A DNA stretch of 64,000 bases from Octopus sinensis (Eukaryota). Of the stretch, positions 25,977 through 39,262 are shown piece by piece. How positions within the stretch are numbered: the stretch's first letter is position 1; each line of letters opens with the position of its first letter. A program made the position numbers and the translations under genes. Location of the stretch: positions 95,976,001-96,040,000 of the forward strand of contig NC_042998.1 in NCBI RefSeq assembly GCF_006345805.1, written 5' to 3'. The notes under the pieces are model-generated. The model ran no database searches, had not been told where the DNA came from, and worked only from the letters and a program-made list of their open reading frames with translations.

Positions 25977-28900
25977 CTTTATGATTGACCTCCACCCCCG
26001 CCCCTGCATCACTTGACAACTGGTGTTGGTTTGTTTACATCAATGTAAAAATGCCAACACAATAAGTGCCAAACTTAATAACACAAGCAGTGGGGTCAAT
26101 TTTTAGATTAAACATTTCAAACCAGTGACCCAGCATGGCTATGATCCAATGAAAGAAACAGGTAAAATATAAGAGATAATAGTACAGTCAATATAATTAA
26201 AACTGCTGGACATTATGGATTTATATAATTATGTAAGATTATATTATATATGTGCCAACTGAGGAGTTTAATAACATGATACTTGAAACTGTGAAGTTGT
26301 TTAACAACAGAAATTAACAATTTATTAAAGATTTTGATGATGATATAGGGAGTTACATTAATGAAGATATATAATAAGTAGCATTGAGGAGTTCACTGAC
26401 ATTGCAGGACTGGTTTGTTGTTTGTTTAATAACTATTATAGAAAACTGAGAGTGTAGGAGTCTTCTGGAAATGAACCAGATATCATTATCATCATAACTG
26501 CATCATTTTATGTTTACTTTTCCCTGCTGGCATATTTAACTGTTTTGCATTTCATCATCATCGTTTAACGTCCGTTTTCCGCGCTAGCACGGGTTAGACT
26601 AATTTAATCTGGATATATCCAGATCAAATATTCTCAGTGTTTTATGTTTGAACTGGCTAGATCTGGCCACTCACACCTACCCTACAAGTCTGAAAATAAA
26701 TAGTCACATCATCAAAATCTCAAAGTTATAAGTTAATGTATGGTTAATTCAAAACAATGTGAATAAATAAGCATAATATTTGACAGAGTAATCTGAATGC
26801 TAAAGAGTAAAAGAAAAAAAAAAAAAAGAAAAGAAAATTATGCGAACAGAATCAGACACTAGTAGTGATCCCCATTACAAAATAATAAAAAAGAAATGAG
26901 AGAGAGAGAGAGAGAGGGGCAACAGATTGGGTCTAGCATTATATTTCACACTCCTTGGGGTTCAGAAACGTCAATTAAATACCAAAAATCCAAGAGTGAA
27001 TCTGAAACATCATGTTGCTACAATTTCAGTATCTCTTGGGTTTGTGTAAATCAAATGTGAAAAATAGATTAAATGATAATTTCGTAACTAATGTAATGGT
27101 CTGGACTGTTGTTAGTGATGTTCTTAGTGGTTTGTTAGTAATTAGAAATGTAGTCACAACAGCTGCGCAGACTGGCGATAAGCAACATAAACAATGATCT
27201 TTGAATGGCCAGGTCAGAAAGATCCTCATTTTCCACACACATGTACAAGGGTCTGTTTGTACACACATAGATGTGATATATGTGTGTGTGTGTGTGTGTA
27301 ACATGTTTGCCTCCCAACCACATGACTCTAGGCTTAGACCAACTGCATGGCACTTTGGGTAAGTGTCTTCAATTATAGCCTCAGACCGACAAAGCCTTGA
27401 GTGGATTTGGTAAACAGAAACTGACATAAGTCATCGTGTGTGTGTGTGTGTGTCTTTGCATCTGTGTTTGTTCCCCAACCACTGCTGGAAAACCAGTATT
27501 AGTGTGTTTACATTCCTGTAACCTAGCAGTTTTGGAAAAAGTGACCAATAGTGTAAGTACAAGGCTAAAAATATAAAAAGTATTGGGGTTGATTCGACTA
27601 AAAATATTCTTCAAGGTGGTGCCCCAGTATGGCCACAGTCTAATGACTGAAACTAGTAAAGTATATATATATATATGTATATCTTTATGATTGACCTCCA
27701 CCCCCGCCCCTGCATCACTTGACAACTGGTGTTGGTTTGTTTACATCAATGTAAAAATGCCAACACAATAAGTGCCAAACTTAATAACACAAGCAGTGGG
27801 GTCAATTTTTAGATTAAACATTTCAAACCAGTGACCCAGCATGGCTATGATCCAATGAAAGAAACAGGTAAAATATAAGAGATAATAGTACAGTCAATAT
27901 AATTAAAACTGCTGGACATTATGGATTTATATAATTATGTAAGATTATATTATATATGTGCCAACTGAGGAGTTTAATAACATGATACTTGAAACTGTGA
28001 AGTTGTTTAACAACAGAAATTAACAATTTATTAAAGATTTTGATGATGATATAGGGAGTTACATTAATGAAGATATATAATAAGTAGCATTGAGGAGTTC
28101 ACTGACATTGCAGGACTGGTTTGTTGTTTATTTAATAACTATTATAGAAAACTGAGAGAGTAGGAGTCTTCTGGAAATGAACCAGATATCATTATCATCA
28201 TAACTGCATCATTTTATGTTTACTTTTCCCTGCTGGCATATTTAACTGTTTTGCATTTCATCATCATCGTTTAACGTCCGTTTTCCGCGCTAGCACGGGT
28301 TGGACTAATTTAATCTGGATATATCCAGATCAAATATTCTCAGTGTTTTATGTTTGAACTGGCTAGATCTGGCCACTCACACCTACCCTACAAGTCTGAA
28401 AATAAATAGTCACATCATCAAAATCTCAAAGTTATAAGTTAATGTATGGTTAATTCAAAACAATGTGAATAAATAAGCATAATATTTGACAGAGTAATCT
28501 GAATGCTAAAGAGTAAAAGAAAAAAAAAAGAAAAGAAAATTATGCGAACAGAATCAGACACTAGTAGTGATCCCCATTACAAAATAATAAAAAAGAAATG
28601 AGACAGAGAGAGAGAGAGGGGCAACAGATTGGGTCTAGCATTATATTTCACACTCCTTGGGGTTCAGAAACGTCAATTAAATAGCAAAAATCCAAGAGTG
28701 AATCTGAAACATCATGTTGCTACAATTTCAGTATCTCTTGGGTTTGTGTAAATCAAATGTGAAAAATAGATTAAATGATAATTCCGTAACTAATGTAATG
28801 GTCTGGACTGTTGTTAGTGATGTTCTTAGTGGTTTGTTAGTAATTAGAAATGTAGTCACAACAGCTGCGCAGACTGGCGATAAGCAACATAAACAATGAT

Positions 28901-29139
28901 CTTTGAATGGCCAGGTCAGAAAGATCCTCATTTTCCACACACATGTACAAGGGTCTGTTTGTACACACATAGATGTGATATATGTGTGTGTGTGTGTGTG
29001 TGTGTAACATGTTTGCCTCCCAACCACATGACTCTAGGCTTAGACCAACTGCATGGCACTTTGGGTAAGTGTCTTCTATTATAGCCTCAGACCGACAAAG
29101 CCTTGAGTGGATTTGGTAAACAGAAACTGACATAAGTCA

Positions 29140-29174
<35 letters not shown>

Positions 29175-29392
29175 TTTGCATCTGTGTTTGTTCCCCAACC
29201 ACTGCTGGAAAACCAGTATTAGTGTGTTTACATTCCTGTAACCTAGCAGTTTTGGAAAAAGTGACCAATAGTGTAAGTACAAGGCTAAAAATATAAAAAG
29301 TATTGGGGTTGATTCGACTAAAAATATTCTTCAAGGTGGTGCCCCAGTATGGCCACAGTCTAATGACTGAAACTAGTAAAGTATATATATAT
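25955..29392 (+). repeat. Near-identical ~1.7-kb tandem duplication (two copies; junction at ~27661)
   Basis: atctttatgattgacc at 25975 and 27681; both copies end aactagtaaagtatatat (27651, 29371). Only a few substitutions plus microsatellite-length differences. Confidence 0.95.
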
Positions 29393-29479
29393 ATCATCAT
29401 TTAATGTCCGCTTTCCATGCTGGCATGAGCTGGAGTGCATACACCTCTGTCCGGCCATCGCCATGATTGACCGCTACCT

Positions 29480-29599
29480 ACTAAAGCTTTCTTTTTTTAT
29501 TCTCTGTTTATTTTCTTTTGTTTCTTTCTGTAGAAGAGCATAGGCTTGAAACATAAAAGACTTTCTCACCTTCCCGAGCATTAAACTAATACACCTGTT

Positions 29600-29630
<31 letters not shown>

Positions 29631-29720
29631 CAGGGAGAATTCACAAAAAAACAAAAGATGAAGACAGGTGGTGTAGACAACAAACATGTATTTAATGCTC
29701 GGGAAATGAAAAGGTCTTAT
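29480..29720. mobile_element. Tail-to-tail inverted pair of Penelope-like terminal fragments around (TA)n, with hammerhead-like motif at 29523-29560 (+)
   Basis: TCTTT-CTGTAGA-A-GAGC-ATAG-GCTT-GAAAC-ATA-AAAGA. 29633-29718 is the reverse complement of the same family's 3' end. Confidence 0.55.
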
Positions 29721-29738
29721 ATATATATATATACATAC

Positions 29739-30960
29739 ACACCAAGTATAGATATAAATACTGTTACAAATTTTCTCAATTTTTCATAGGTTTTTTGCAC
29801 CTAAAATATTTTTCCTTTATATCAGTCATTAGCATTGAATTTCAGGTATTAACTGATCTAATTTTCCTATTTAACAATGGAATGGAATGTCAAACAAAAC
29901 CATATAACTGCTGTTGGTCTTCAGAAGGGAGGTCATGATGTCTCCACCATTTTCAAACTGCTTGAATCACTTGAAATTAGCAGAATGTTTGTGTATTGCA
30001 CCAGAAAGAGGTTTGCAGATCATAAGACTATCGATGACATCGTCCTAGCACTGTGAGGACTTCCAAGAAGGTCAAAGCTGTTGAAGCCAGAATTCAAAGG
30101 AATCCCTTGAGGAAGCAAAAAATCATGGCTAGAGGAGATGGAAATTTCACCTAGATCAATGTCTAGGTCAATCAGGGAAGATCTAGGGATGTATGCCAAT
30201 CATCAATGTACAGGACACATGTTAACTCCTTCACTGAAAGCAATCAGAGTGGCAAGATCCAAACAATTTCTCTGATACGCAGGTGGTGCTCATAGAAAAA
30301 TCCTTTGCATGGATGAGAAAATTTCACTGTAGAAGAAAGCTTCAACAGTCAAAATGACAGGGTGTATGCCCACAGCTCAAAGGAAGCTTCTAAGATCATT
30401 CACAAAGTTTAAAGAGGCCATCACCCTGCCTCATTCATGGTTTAGTGGGGTGTGACTTACGAAGGGGTGAGAAAACCACAGCATGTGTACATCAGTGATA
30501 TCCTAGAGAGTAGAGAGCCTTAACAAATCCTTGTTCAAAGGTAAAGAATAGATTTTCCAGCAGGACTCAGCCCCACCACACAAAGCCAAGGTTACTCAGG
30601 AGTAGCTGTCACAAGGCAGCAGATTGACCATCTGAGAGTCTGGATTTGAATTCTCTGGATTACAAACAGTGGTCAGAGTTGGAGGAGATGATTTGTGGTA
30701 AGCCACACAAAAATTTGGTTTCTCTTAAGCACACTCTTGTTGCTGCAACAACCAATTTTCCAATTAATATTGTGTGCACTACAATAGATCAATGACCTGA
30801 GCACTTAAAGCATTGCATTGAAAACAGAGAGGGACATTTTGAATAGATTTTGTGAATTTATTTTGTTCAGCCCACAAATAACTGTTCAAAATTTCATTTG
30901 AATGCAATCATTAACAACCTGAAATTCAAGTTTATAACAATATTTATGTCTATAATAGGT
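29739..30960 (+). mobile_element. Near full-length maT/DD37D (Bmmar1-like) transposon, pseudogenised
   Basis: TIRs accaagtatagatataaatactgttacaaa / tttataacaatatttatgtctataataggt. From ATG 29877: MEWNVKQNHITAVGLQKGG..IFKLL..LEISRMFVY, RIQRNPLRKQKIMAR, HRKILCMDEKIFTVEE.FN.QNDRVYA, FQQDSAPPHKAK, DLNSLDY, GHFE* (30846). Several stops and frameshifts. Confidence 0.9.
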
Positions 30961-31106
30961 AAATATAATATATTTATGTGTATATATACATATACGGAGC
31001 ACACCAAAGTAACACAACAGTTGTGAATTGAATTAACTGTAGTAAATTAGGTTGAGTGAATCATTGAAAATCCAGCACAATTCAACATAAGTAAGCAAAT
31101 ATGAAT

Positions 31107-31498
31107 TACTCTCTCTTTTACTCTTTTAGTTGTTTCAGTAATTTGACTGCGGCCATGCTGGAGCATCGCCTTTTAGTCGAGCAAATCGACCCCGGGACTT
31201 ATTCTTTGTAAGCCCAGTACTTATTCTATCGGTCTCTTTTGCCAAACCGCTAAGTGACGGGGATGTAAACACACCAGCATCAGTTGTCAAGCGATGTTGG
31301 GGGGACAAACACATACACATATATACATATATATACGACAGGCTTCTTTCAGTTTCTGTCTACCAAATCCACTCACAAGGCCTTGGTCGGCCCAAGGCTA
31401 TAGCAGAAGACACTTACCCAAGATGCCACGCAGTGGGACTGAACCCGGAACCATGTGGTTGGTTAGCAAGCTACTTACCACACAGCCACTCCTGCGCC
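31107..31498 (-). mobile_element. Full-length SINE family B (young copy)
   Basis: Reverse complement of the 12587-13000 architecture, starting GGCGCAGGAGTGGCTGTGTGG. Confidence 0.85.
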
Positions 31499-31727
31499 TA
31501 TGTTCATTTTTATATAGCATTATGGAATACATTTTGACTCCTTAAACCTTTAGCTGTAAAAATTAAATTTCATGGTTATTCCAGTAGTGATGTTAAATGT
31601 TGGCACATCTCAATAACAAATAGTTTCAAACATGACATTTCCCAACAAAATATAGACCAATACATAAAACTCTTAGTCATCTATGTGTATGGCAGAGTCA
31701 TTAGTTTAACCCACTAAATGATGAATT

Positions 31728-32100
31728 GGGTGGCAAGCTGGCAGAAACGTTAGCACACTGGGCGAAATGTTTAGAAGTATTTTGTCTGTCTTTACGTTCT
31801 GAGTTCAAATTCTGCCGAGGTTGACTTTGCCTTTCATCCTTTCGGGGTTGATAAATTAAGTACCAGTTACGCACTGGGGTCAATGTAATCAACTTAATAC
31901 CTTTGTCTGTCCCCTCTATGTTTAGCCTCTTGTGGGCAATAAAGAAATAAGAATCATTAGTACACCAGGCAAAATGTTTAGGGTATTTCGTTTACCTTTA
32001 CATTCTGAGTTCAAACTCTGAGGTTGACTTAGCCTTTCATCTTTTTGAGATAAATAAAACAAGTACCATTTGAGTACTGGCATCAATGTAATTGACTATC
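31728..32100 (+). mobile_element. SINE family A, one full and one partial copy in tandem
   Basis: GGTGGCAAGCTGGCAGAAAC...GAGTTCAAATTC...GCCTTTCATCC...CAATAAAGAAATAAG. Confidence 0.8.
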
Positions 32101-32320
32101 CTTCTCCTGGGTATGACTCTAAAAAAACTGTATCCATCTGCAAAGCCATGTCGAGCCAAAGTGGCAGAGCAGGCTTGTCAAACCAGTATGGTCTCAAGTT
32201 CAAATTCACAGCCTCTACATCGGACCATGGTTGGTGAAAAGAACACAGTGAGGCCTTTATCCTGCAGTGAACTGAACATAGGCAATCTACAATGTATGTG
32301 TGTGTGCATACACATATGTA

Positions 32321-32353
<33 letters not shown>

Positions 32354-33989
32354 ATCATTTATTGTCTACACATCATGTGATGGTTGTAAGAATGTCACTG
32401 TCATACAATTAAAGTTATGCATTTCCAGTCTTCTGTGAAAAACATGCATAGCTACAGGAAATATTAACTTGCTTGCGAGCAGGTGCAGGCTGTCAACAAA
32501 AACAGCAGCCAGCTGTAGAAAATTTGCCTCAATAAATTCCATCTGACCTATGCAAACATGGAAAAGTAGGGAGTAAAGGATTTTGATGAGAGTTTGAAAT
32601 ATAGGTTAAGGTTGATTATGCGTCCACAGATGGATTCACAAGCTCAGGCAAGGTTTTTGGAAGATGACTGGCAGCTGCCTATGCATGTAGCTCTCCCCTC
32701 TTTATGACACAGGTGTTTATCTGAGGAAAAAGCCACAAACTTGGACTAATACAGTATAGCATCAATGTCATCAGAGGTATTGTTATCAGAATGCAATGAG
32801 CTGGAAAGGATGGCGTTTTTTTTCCCTCCTTTTTTTCTTCTACTGTAGGCACAGAGCTTGAAATTTGAGAGAGGGGATAGTCGATTACATCGAGCCACAG
32901 CACTCAACTGGCACTTATTTCATCGATCCCGAAAAGATGAAAAGCAAAGTTGACCTCAGCAGAATTTGAACTCAGAATGTGGTGGCAGATGAAATGCCAC
33001 TAAGCATTTCACTTGGCATGCTAATGATTCTACCATCAATCCACTACAATAGATTAGCACCTCTTTCTCAACCCCGAAAGAATGGAAACAAAGTTGATTT
33101 TGCTTGGATTTGAACTCAGAGCATGGGCTGCTGGAACAAATAATGTGATGTATTCTATTCAACACTCTACAAACAATGCCAATTCACTGCCTTGAGAGCT
33201 TAGATTAAGCCAGAACATTCATCATGATATGATTATTTTGTTACAAAGATATTTTACAATGTTAAAATGTTATTAGAAATATTTGGAGAATTGTTGTGTT
33301 TACAAAAGTTGTCAGAAAGGTTTTGACATAACAATAGACACAGACATGGCTGTGTGGTTCAGAAGTTTTCTTCTCGACCACATAGTTTCAGGTTCAGTCC
33401 TACTGCATGGTACCGAGGACAGGTGTCATCTATTATAGCCTCAGGCTGACTAAAGCCTTGTGAGTGGATTTGGAAGATGAAAACTAGAAGATGCCTATTG
33501 CACATGCATGTGCACACGTGTATGTGTGTGTGTGTGTGTGTTTGTGGAGTGGATATGTGTGTGTGTGTGTGTGTGTGGTGTGTGTGTGTGTGATTTGCGG
33601 GTATGACAGTGTCTTTGTACAAGTGTCCCTTTTGCCTTCCCAATGAGTGACGGTTGTAAATAAAGTGGTGTCTTTTGTTTTTTCAATCTTCCCTAGAAAC
33701 ACATCAGGCTGTGGAGAAATATTTACCTTACCTGGAAACAGGTGAGTGAGGGTTGGGGACAGAAGGGCATCAAGCCACAGAAAATCTGCTTCAGTTAATT
33801 CTGTCTGGCCCATGCAAACATGAAAATGAGGACCGTAAAACAATGTTGTTGACGATGATGATGACGGAGTACAGTATATAATAGATAACCTAGTTTGATT
33901 GAAGATACTCCTTTATTGATAGAGTATTTGGTAAAGTGTGTTGAGAAATCTTAAAATTACATTTGTGATGAGGATAAGTAATCATTGTG

Positions 33990-34300
33990 AAGGCACAGGG
34001 CTCAGTGGTTTGAGCATAGTGAATTCAATTCCCAGACTGGGCTCTGTGTTGTGTTCTTGAGCAAGACTCTTTGTTTCACGTTGCTCCAGTTCACTCAGTT
34101 GTAGAAATAACTTGCAATGTCACTGGTGCCAAGCTGTATCGGCCTTTGTCTTTCTCTTGGATAATATCAGTGGCGTAGAGGTGGGAGGCTGGTGTATGTG
34201 AGTGTCTTCCACAAACAACCTTGCCCTAACTTGTGCCTCAGAGAGTAACTTTCTAGGTTCAATTCCATGGTCATTCATGACCAAAAGAGGTCTATACCCT
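33990..34300 (+). mobile_element. tRNA-derived SINE family D
   Basis: GGCTCAGTGG head...GTGTTCTTGAGCAAG...CACGTTGCTCCAGTTCACTCAG. Inverted copy at ~34440-34612. Confidence 0.65.
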
Positions 34301-35360
34301 TTAAGTAATCATTAACTTGATAATTATGTCCACTCAAGAAAGGCAAGGGGAAGACAACTCCTCAAAACTTAATTAATTAAACATAGAATTTAATTAAAAT
34401 TTCAAGGCTGTCTTCCATTCTGTCTTTATTGAGCAGCAAAAGTAAGTCTTTGGACACTACCACCTCAAGTCATAGGGCCAGTTACCAAGTTTGTATAAAT
34501 GAGTGGACTGGAGTAATGTAAAATAAAGTGTTTTACAAGAACACAATGCACCACCTAGTCTGAAAATTGAAACCACAATCTTGTGATCATAAGTGCAACA
34601 CCCTAACCACTAGAATTCACCATTATGGTAATGATCCTTTCTCCAAACTAAAGGCATAGTCATTGGGTTAGATGAGAGGCCAATTACCACAGATATAGAA
34701 TTACCTCTTGCTCATCATGCATTATCAATTAATAGGATGTCTGCAAGAGGAGTAGGGTGAAATTGTCTATCTCTAAAAGAAACCTTGATATGCTACTGAT
34801 TCTAACTATGGGTGTAATTTTAATCAATTAATTAATTAAAATATCTTAGTTCTATTTTGTGTTAACACTGACTTTACCATTTCATTTCCCTGCATTTGCC
34901 TTTTCTTTTCTTGTGTCCTCATTTATTGATAAATTAAGCTGGATATCTACATTACAATGTGAGTTAGATTAATAAAAGCAATTGAAAATTTCCTGAACTT
35001 AGCAGCTGCTTCTCTAGTTCTTCTTCAAATTAATTGTGGCTGTTGATTAGCTCTGAAATAATGTTTTGTCTAACAGACCTACAAACAAAAGTATTCCAGC
35101 AATGAGAACCACCTAATCTTTTTTTAAGGTCTACTGAAACTATGACTACATGTTCTATGTATTTTTTGCATTTTATTTGTTTCAGTTATTAGACTGTGGC
35201 CATGCTGGGGCACTGCCTTGAAGAATTCTTTAGTTAAATGAACTGACAGTAGTACTTTTTTTTTTTATTTTTAAGCCTGGTACTTATTCTAATTGGTCTC
35301 TTTTGCTGAACTGGTGAACTGGTGCTGAAGTGTTGATGGGGGACAAACACAGACATAAAA

Positions 35361-35405
<45 letters not shown>

Positions 35406-38400
35406 ACAGATGTCTTTCAGTTTCCCTCTACCAAATCCACTCACAAGGCATTGGTTGGCCCATGGCTATAGTAGAAAACATTTACCCAAGGTGCCATGCA
35501 GTGGGGCTGAACCTGGAACCATATGGTTGGAAAGCAAACTTCTTACCGCAGCGCCATACCTGTATATTTAATTTTATTTTCATTTTTATTTATTTATTTA
35601 TTCATTTTTTTTTGTTAAGATGGCAGGGGGTGATTTCAGAAAGATTTGGTTGCTATTTCTATGTAGTATCCACTTGGCAGACTAATTATCACTGTGTGCA
35701 ACTGAACTAGATTCTTTAAGCATAATTAAGCTATATGTACACTTAGCGTTAAGTGATGAAGCTAAAATACAGCTTGGAGCTTTATAATTATCCAGATAAA
35801 AGAGGTAATTTCTGGCAAGGTAGTACATCTAAATCTTTTGCTTCATGGAAAAGGTTCAAATTAGTAGCAACAGCAATGAAATTGTTAACTCCCTCCTCCA
35901 AGTATTAATACATTGATTAATAATCATTACAGTATTCAGTTTTCTTTTAAACACAGTATATACACCAGTTATAGTAGGAACATAGCCAATATGTCTATGA
36001 AAACCCATTTATTCTATGCTTTATATGTGGTTTAAGTGATGTAAAGGAAAATAAAAAGACAACTTCAGTTTGTAGTCTGCTATTGAAATTATAACTGATC
36101 TTTCACTATGCACAAAAACACGCCTTAATAATTTTAATACTAAAATGAACCACATGTGGGATGAAAAAACAAATTTGTTTAGATAATACATAACATTAAC
36201 CTATAATTTTCATGCACAGAACTTTTTTAGAAAGATGAAAAATTGCTACCTGCAAGTCATTAAACAACTCTAAAAATTGATTGGTTTTGAGCATAAGATA
36301 TAAATAGTAGACTGCAAGCTTTGCTAAGTTATGTCAGTACAGTATGGAAATCCTGGATATAATTCACTGGATATAATTCACTGAATTCATTCAATTATTT
36401 TGGTACCAAGATTAGTAGACTGTAAGAAGAAACTACTTAATGCTCTATAAGTGGACAATGTGTTCATACACAAAATGTGAGAATATGTTCACAAAAGAAC
36501 AAAGAGTAGAGTATAATTAGTCAGATGAGCAATGGAAATTTAGGAGACAGGTTATTTTTGATTATCTCCAGGTCAGCACTATGATTAAGCAGGCCTACAC
36601 AAATCATTAGTAGAATGCTAGTTTAACAACACAAAGATATGTTGATTGTAAGTGAGCTGAGTAAATATTTAGGCATTAAAAGTATTAGAAGCTATGGAAG
36701 GAAATACCACCACATTTATTGTGTAATACCATTATTTTGTTTTATAGATGTAAGCATGGCTGTGTAGTAAGGAATTTGCTTCCCAAACACATGGCATCAA
36801 GGGCAAGTGTCTTCTACTATAGCCCTGGATCAACCAAAGCCTTGTGAGTGGATTTAGTAGAAAGAAACTGAAAGAAGTCTATCATGTGTGTGTGTGTGTG
36901 TGTTTGTCTTGACTTCAAATGATTAGTGTAAGTGAATGTTGTTCATTTCCAATATTCTACAGAAATATGGCCTGAAACTAAATGAAACTCATGAAGCATA
37001 GAAAAGTGGATGTTGAAAATGATGATCACAAAGATATTTTGGTCGTGTAATGTTAATGATAGTTCTGGGCAAGACATCCAGCTCAGGAGTTCAGAGGTTT
37101 TAGGGAGTATGGATCTATCCCTTATTCCCCACTTCTCCCACATCTGTTCTGTCCCAGGATGGTAGTACCTGTCAAGAGCTCTAGTTATGGATCAACTAGG
37201 CTAAGCATACATTACTCAGAGGAGGCTGGCACCTAGACCTGCATCACACAGACCCACCAGTATGTCAACACACTCTGGTGCTATGTGAACTAGTCCTCTT
37301 ACTTGAGGGTCAAATACATTCTATGTTTTAAGAGTAAGCTTGAGAGTGCAAGCGACAAATAAGGTAAATGTTAAATAATCCAGAAGACAATAGAAAATTA
37401 CTGCTGTATCTTCTCTTTAAAAAAAACCCAAAAAAGTCAAGGAAGTTCAGATTCTGACAAAGAGGTTCATGATAGGTGATATCTATAGGCAAGGCATGTG
37501 AAGAGGGAGAGAATGTAAACAGGTTATAAATCCTTGGAAAAAGTAGTTACAATGCATTTCAGAATATTGGGTTTCAAAGCTGACATGACACAGCATTGAA
37601 ACTTTGCAGATATATAGAAATGAATGTAAACTTCTCTCCAAGACTCACAAGGAACTCAGAGATTTCATGGGATAGTAAATATATGTATTAAGGGTTAAAT
37701 GTTGATGTATACCTATTATTTTAAAATGAGTTTTATTCCTGGGTCACTCAATTTATATATACATGCACTTGTGCACACACACACACACACATATATATGT
37801 AAGTGTGTGTGTGTATATACATATATATATATATATATATATACTGAATCAAATGGAACAAGAAAGTGGTATCATAAGTAAGAGAGTGACTAATAGAATA
37901 CCCTAGTCGTGGACAACAAAATGAGAACAATCTACCCCTATGGATTTAATAAAGGGTTAGTCTTGAAATACCAAGAATGTTATTGAATACAACAGGAACC
38001 TCAAGAAGGCTATAGGGTACAATTGCTGAACCACTGTGACTATAGCAACTTAGAGGAGTATGATTAGTCTAAATATATCAGTGCATAATAATGATATATT
38101 GGTGTGTTCAACATAGCCTATAATTACCTAATCAGTGAAAGAGAGAGAACATGATGTATAATCATTGTTTTAACAACCAATTTTGTATACTGGAATGGGT
38201 TAGATGTTCAGAATTAGGTTGTTTAAAAGTCAGACTGCAAGGAAGCTTAGTATAACAAGTCTCTGATCACTCACTCTCTCTGGTCAGGTAACCATGTATC
38301 TCCTCTACAGCAAGACAACTGTTTCTTTCTCTCTGTCACACTCTAACCTTTCATCATCTGATACAAGATTACCTTCTGTTATACTTCCTCCCTTCTCAAA

Positions 38401-38939
38401 GATTCTTTGTCTTGCAAGTTAGTTGGTGACCCTGCCAGTGCTGGTGTCACATAAAAAGCATCCATTCCACACTATAAAGTGGTTGGAATTTGGAAAGGCA
38501 CCCAGCTGTAAAAAACCATGCCAAAACTGACCTTACCTGTGCTGGTGCCATGTAAAAAGCACTCAGTCTACCCTGTGGTGTGGTTAGTGTTAGGAAGGGC
38601 GTCCAACCATAAAAAACCGTGCCAAAACGGATCCCAAAGTCTGGTGCAGTCTCCTGCCTGGCCAGCTCCTGTCAAACCATCCAACCCATGCCAGCATGAA
38701 AGGTGCATGTTAAATGATGATGATGATGCTGTGTGTGTGTGTGTGTGTGTGTTGTAAACTCACAATTTCATTTCATGTCCTCATTAGTATTCTTCTTTTG
38801 CTTCAAATAATTTCCATTGCTAATGATAGTACCTCTACATGATCATTTGACCTACCTGAAATAACAGCCAACTCAACTTCATTATCATACCCTACCATCT
38901 TAAAGAAGGAATGTCACAATGATGTACTTCTAGATATAC

Positions 38940-39262
38940 TTAAGTCCTTCACTCCCTTTGGAGCATAAGCTATCATAATATATATAGTTTTTCTCCACGG
39001 TTCTTGACTCTGAGCTGTCTTTTGCTGAGGAAAGGACTCCTTTCCCAAATTATGTTGGCTTTGAATAGCTATCAATGTTTTTGTAATATTTTTTTCTTCT
39101 TTAGATAGGGATGTTGGCTTTATGCAAGTCCATTTTTACCTCTGGATAGAGGCGGTCTATATTAGTCTGGTCTCTATCCTTTGACCTGTCCAGCATGGGA
39201 AGCCCTACTTGGAACTTGCATTCATGGTCATTGAGGCATACAAGCCATCACACTGCAAAAAG
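38940..39262 (-). mobile_element. RTE-derived non-autonomous relic (5'UTR-like)
   Basis: agtctggtctctatcctttgacctgtccagcatgggaagccctac...gtcattgaggcatacaagcc resembles the reverse complement of RTE-type 5' leaders. Recognised from memory only. Confidence 0.4.

Noticed and set aside
27012-27197. Duplicated 61-aa ORF (also 28714-28899)
   Set aside because: Repeated only because of the tandem duplication; no recognisable protein features.
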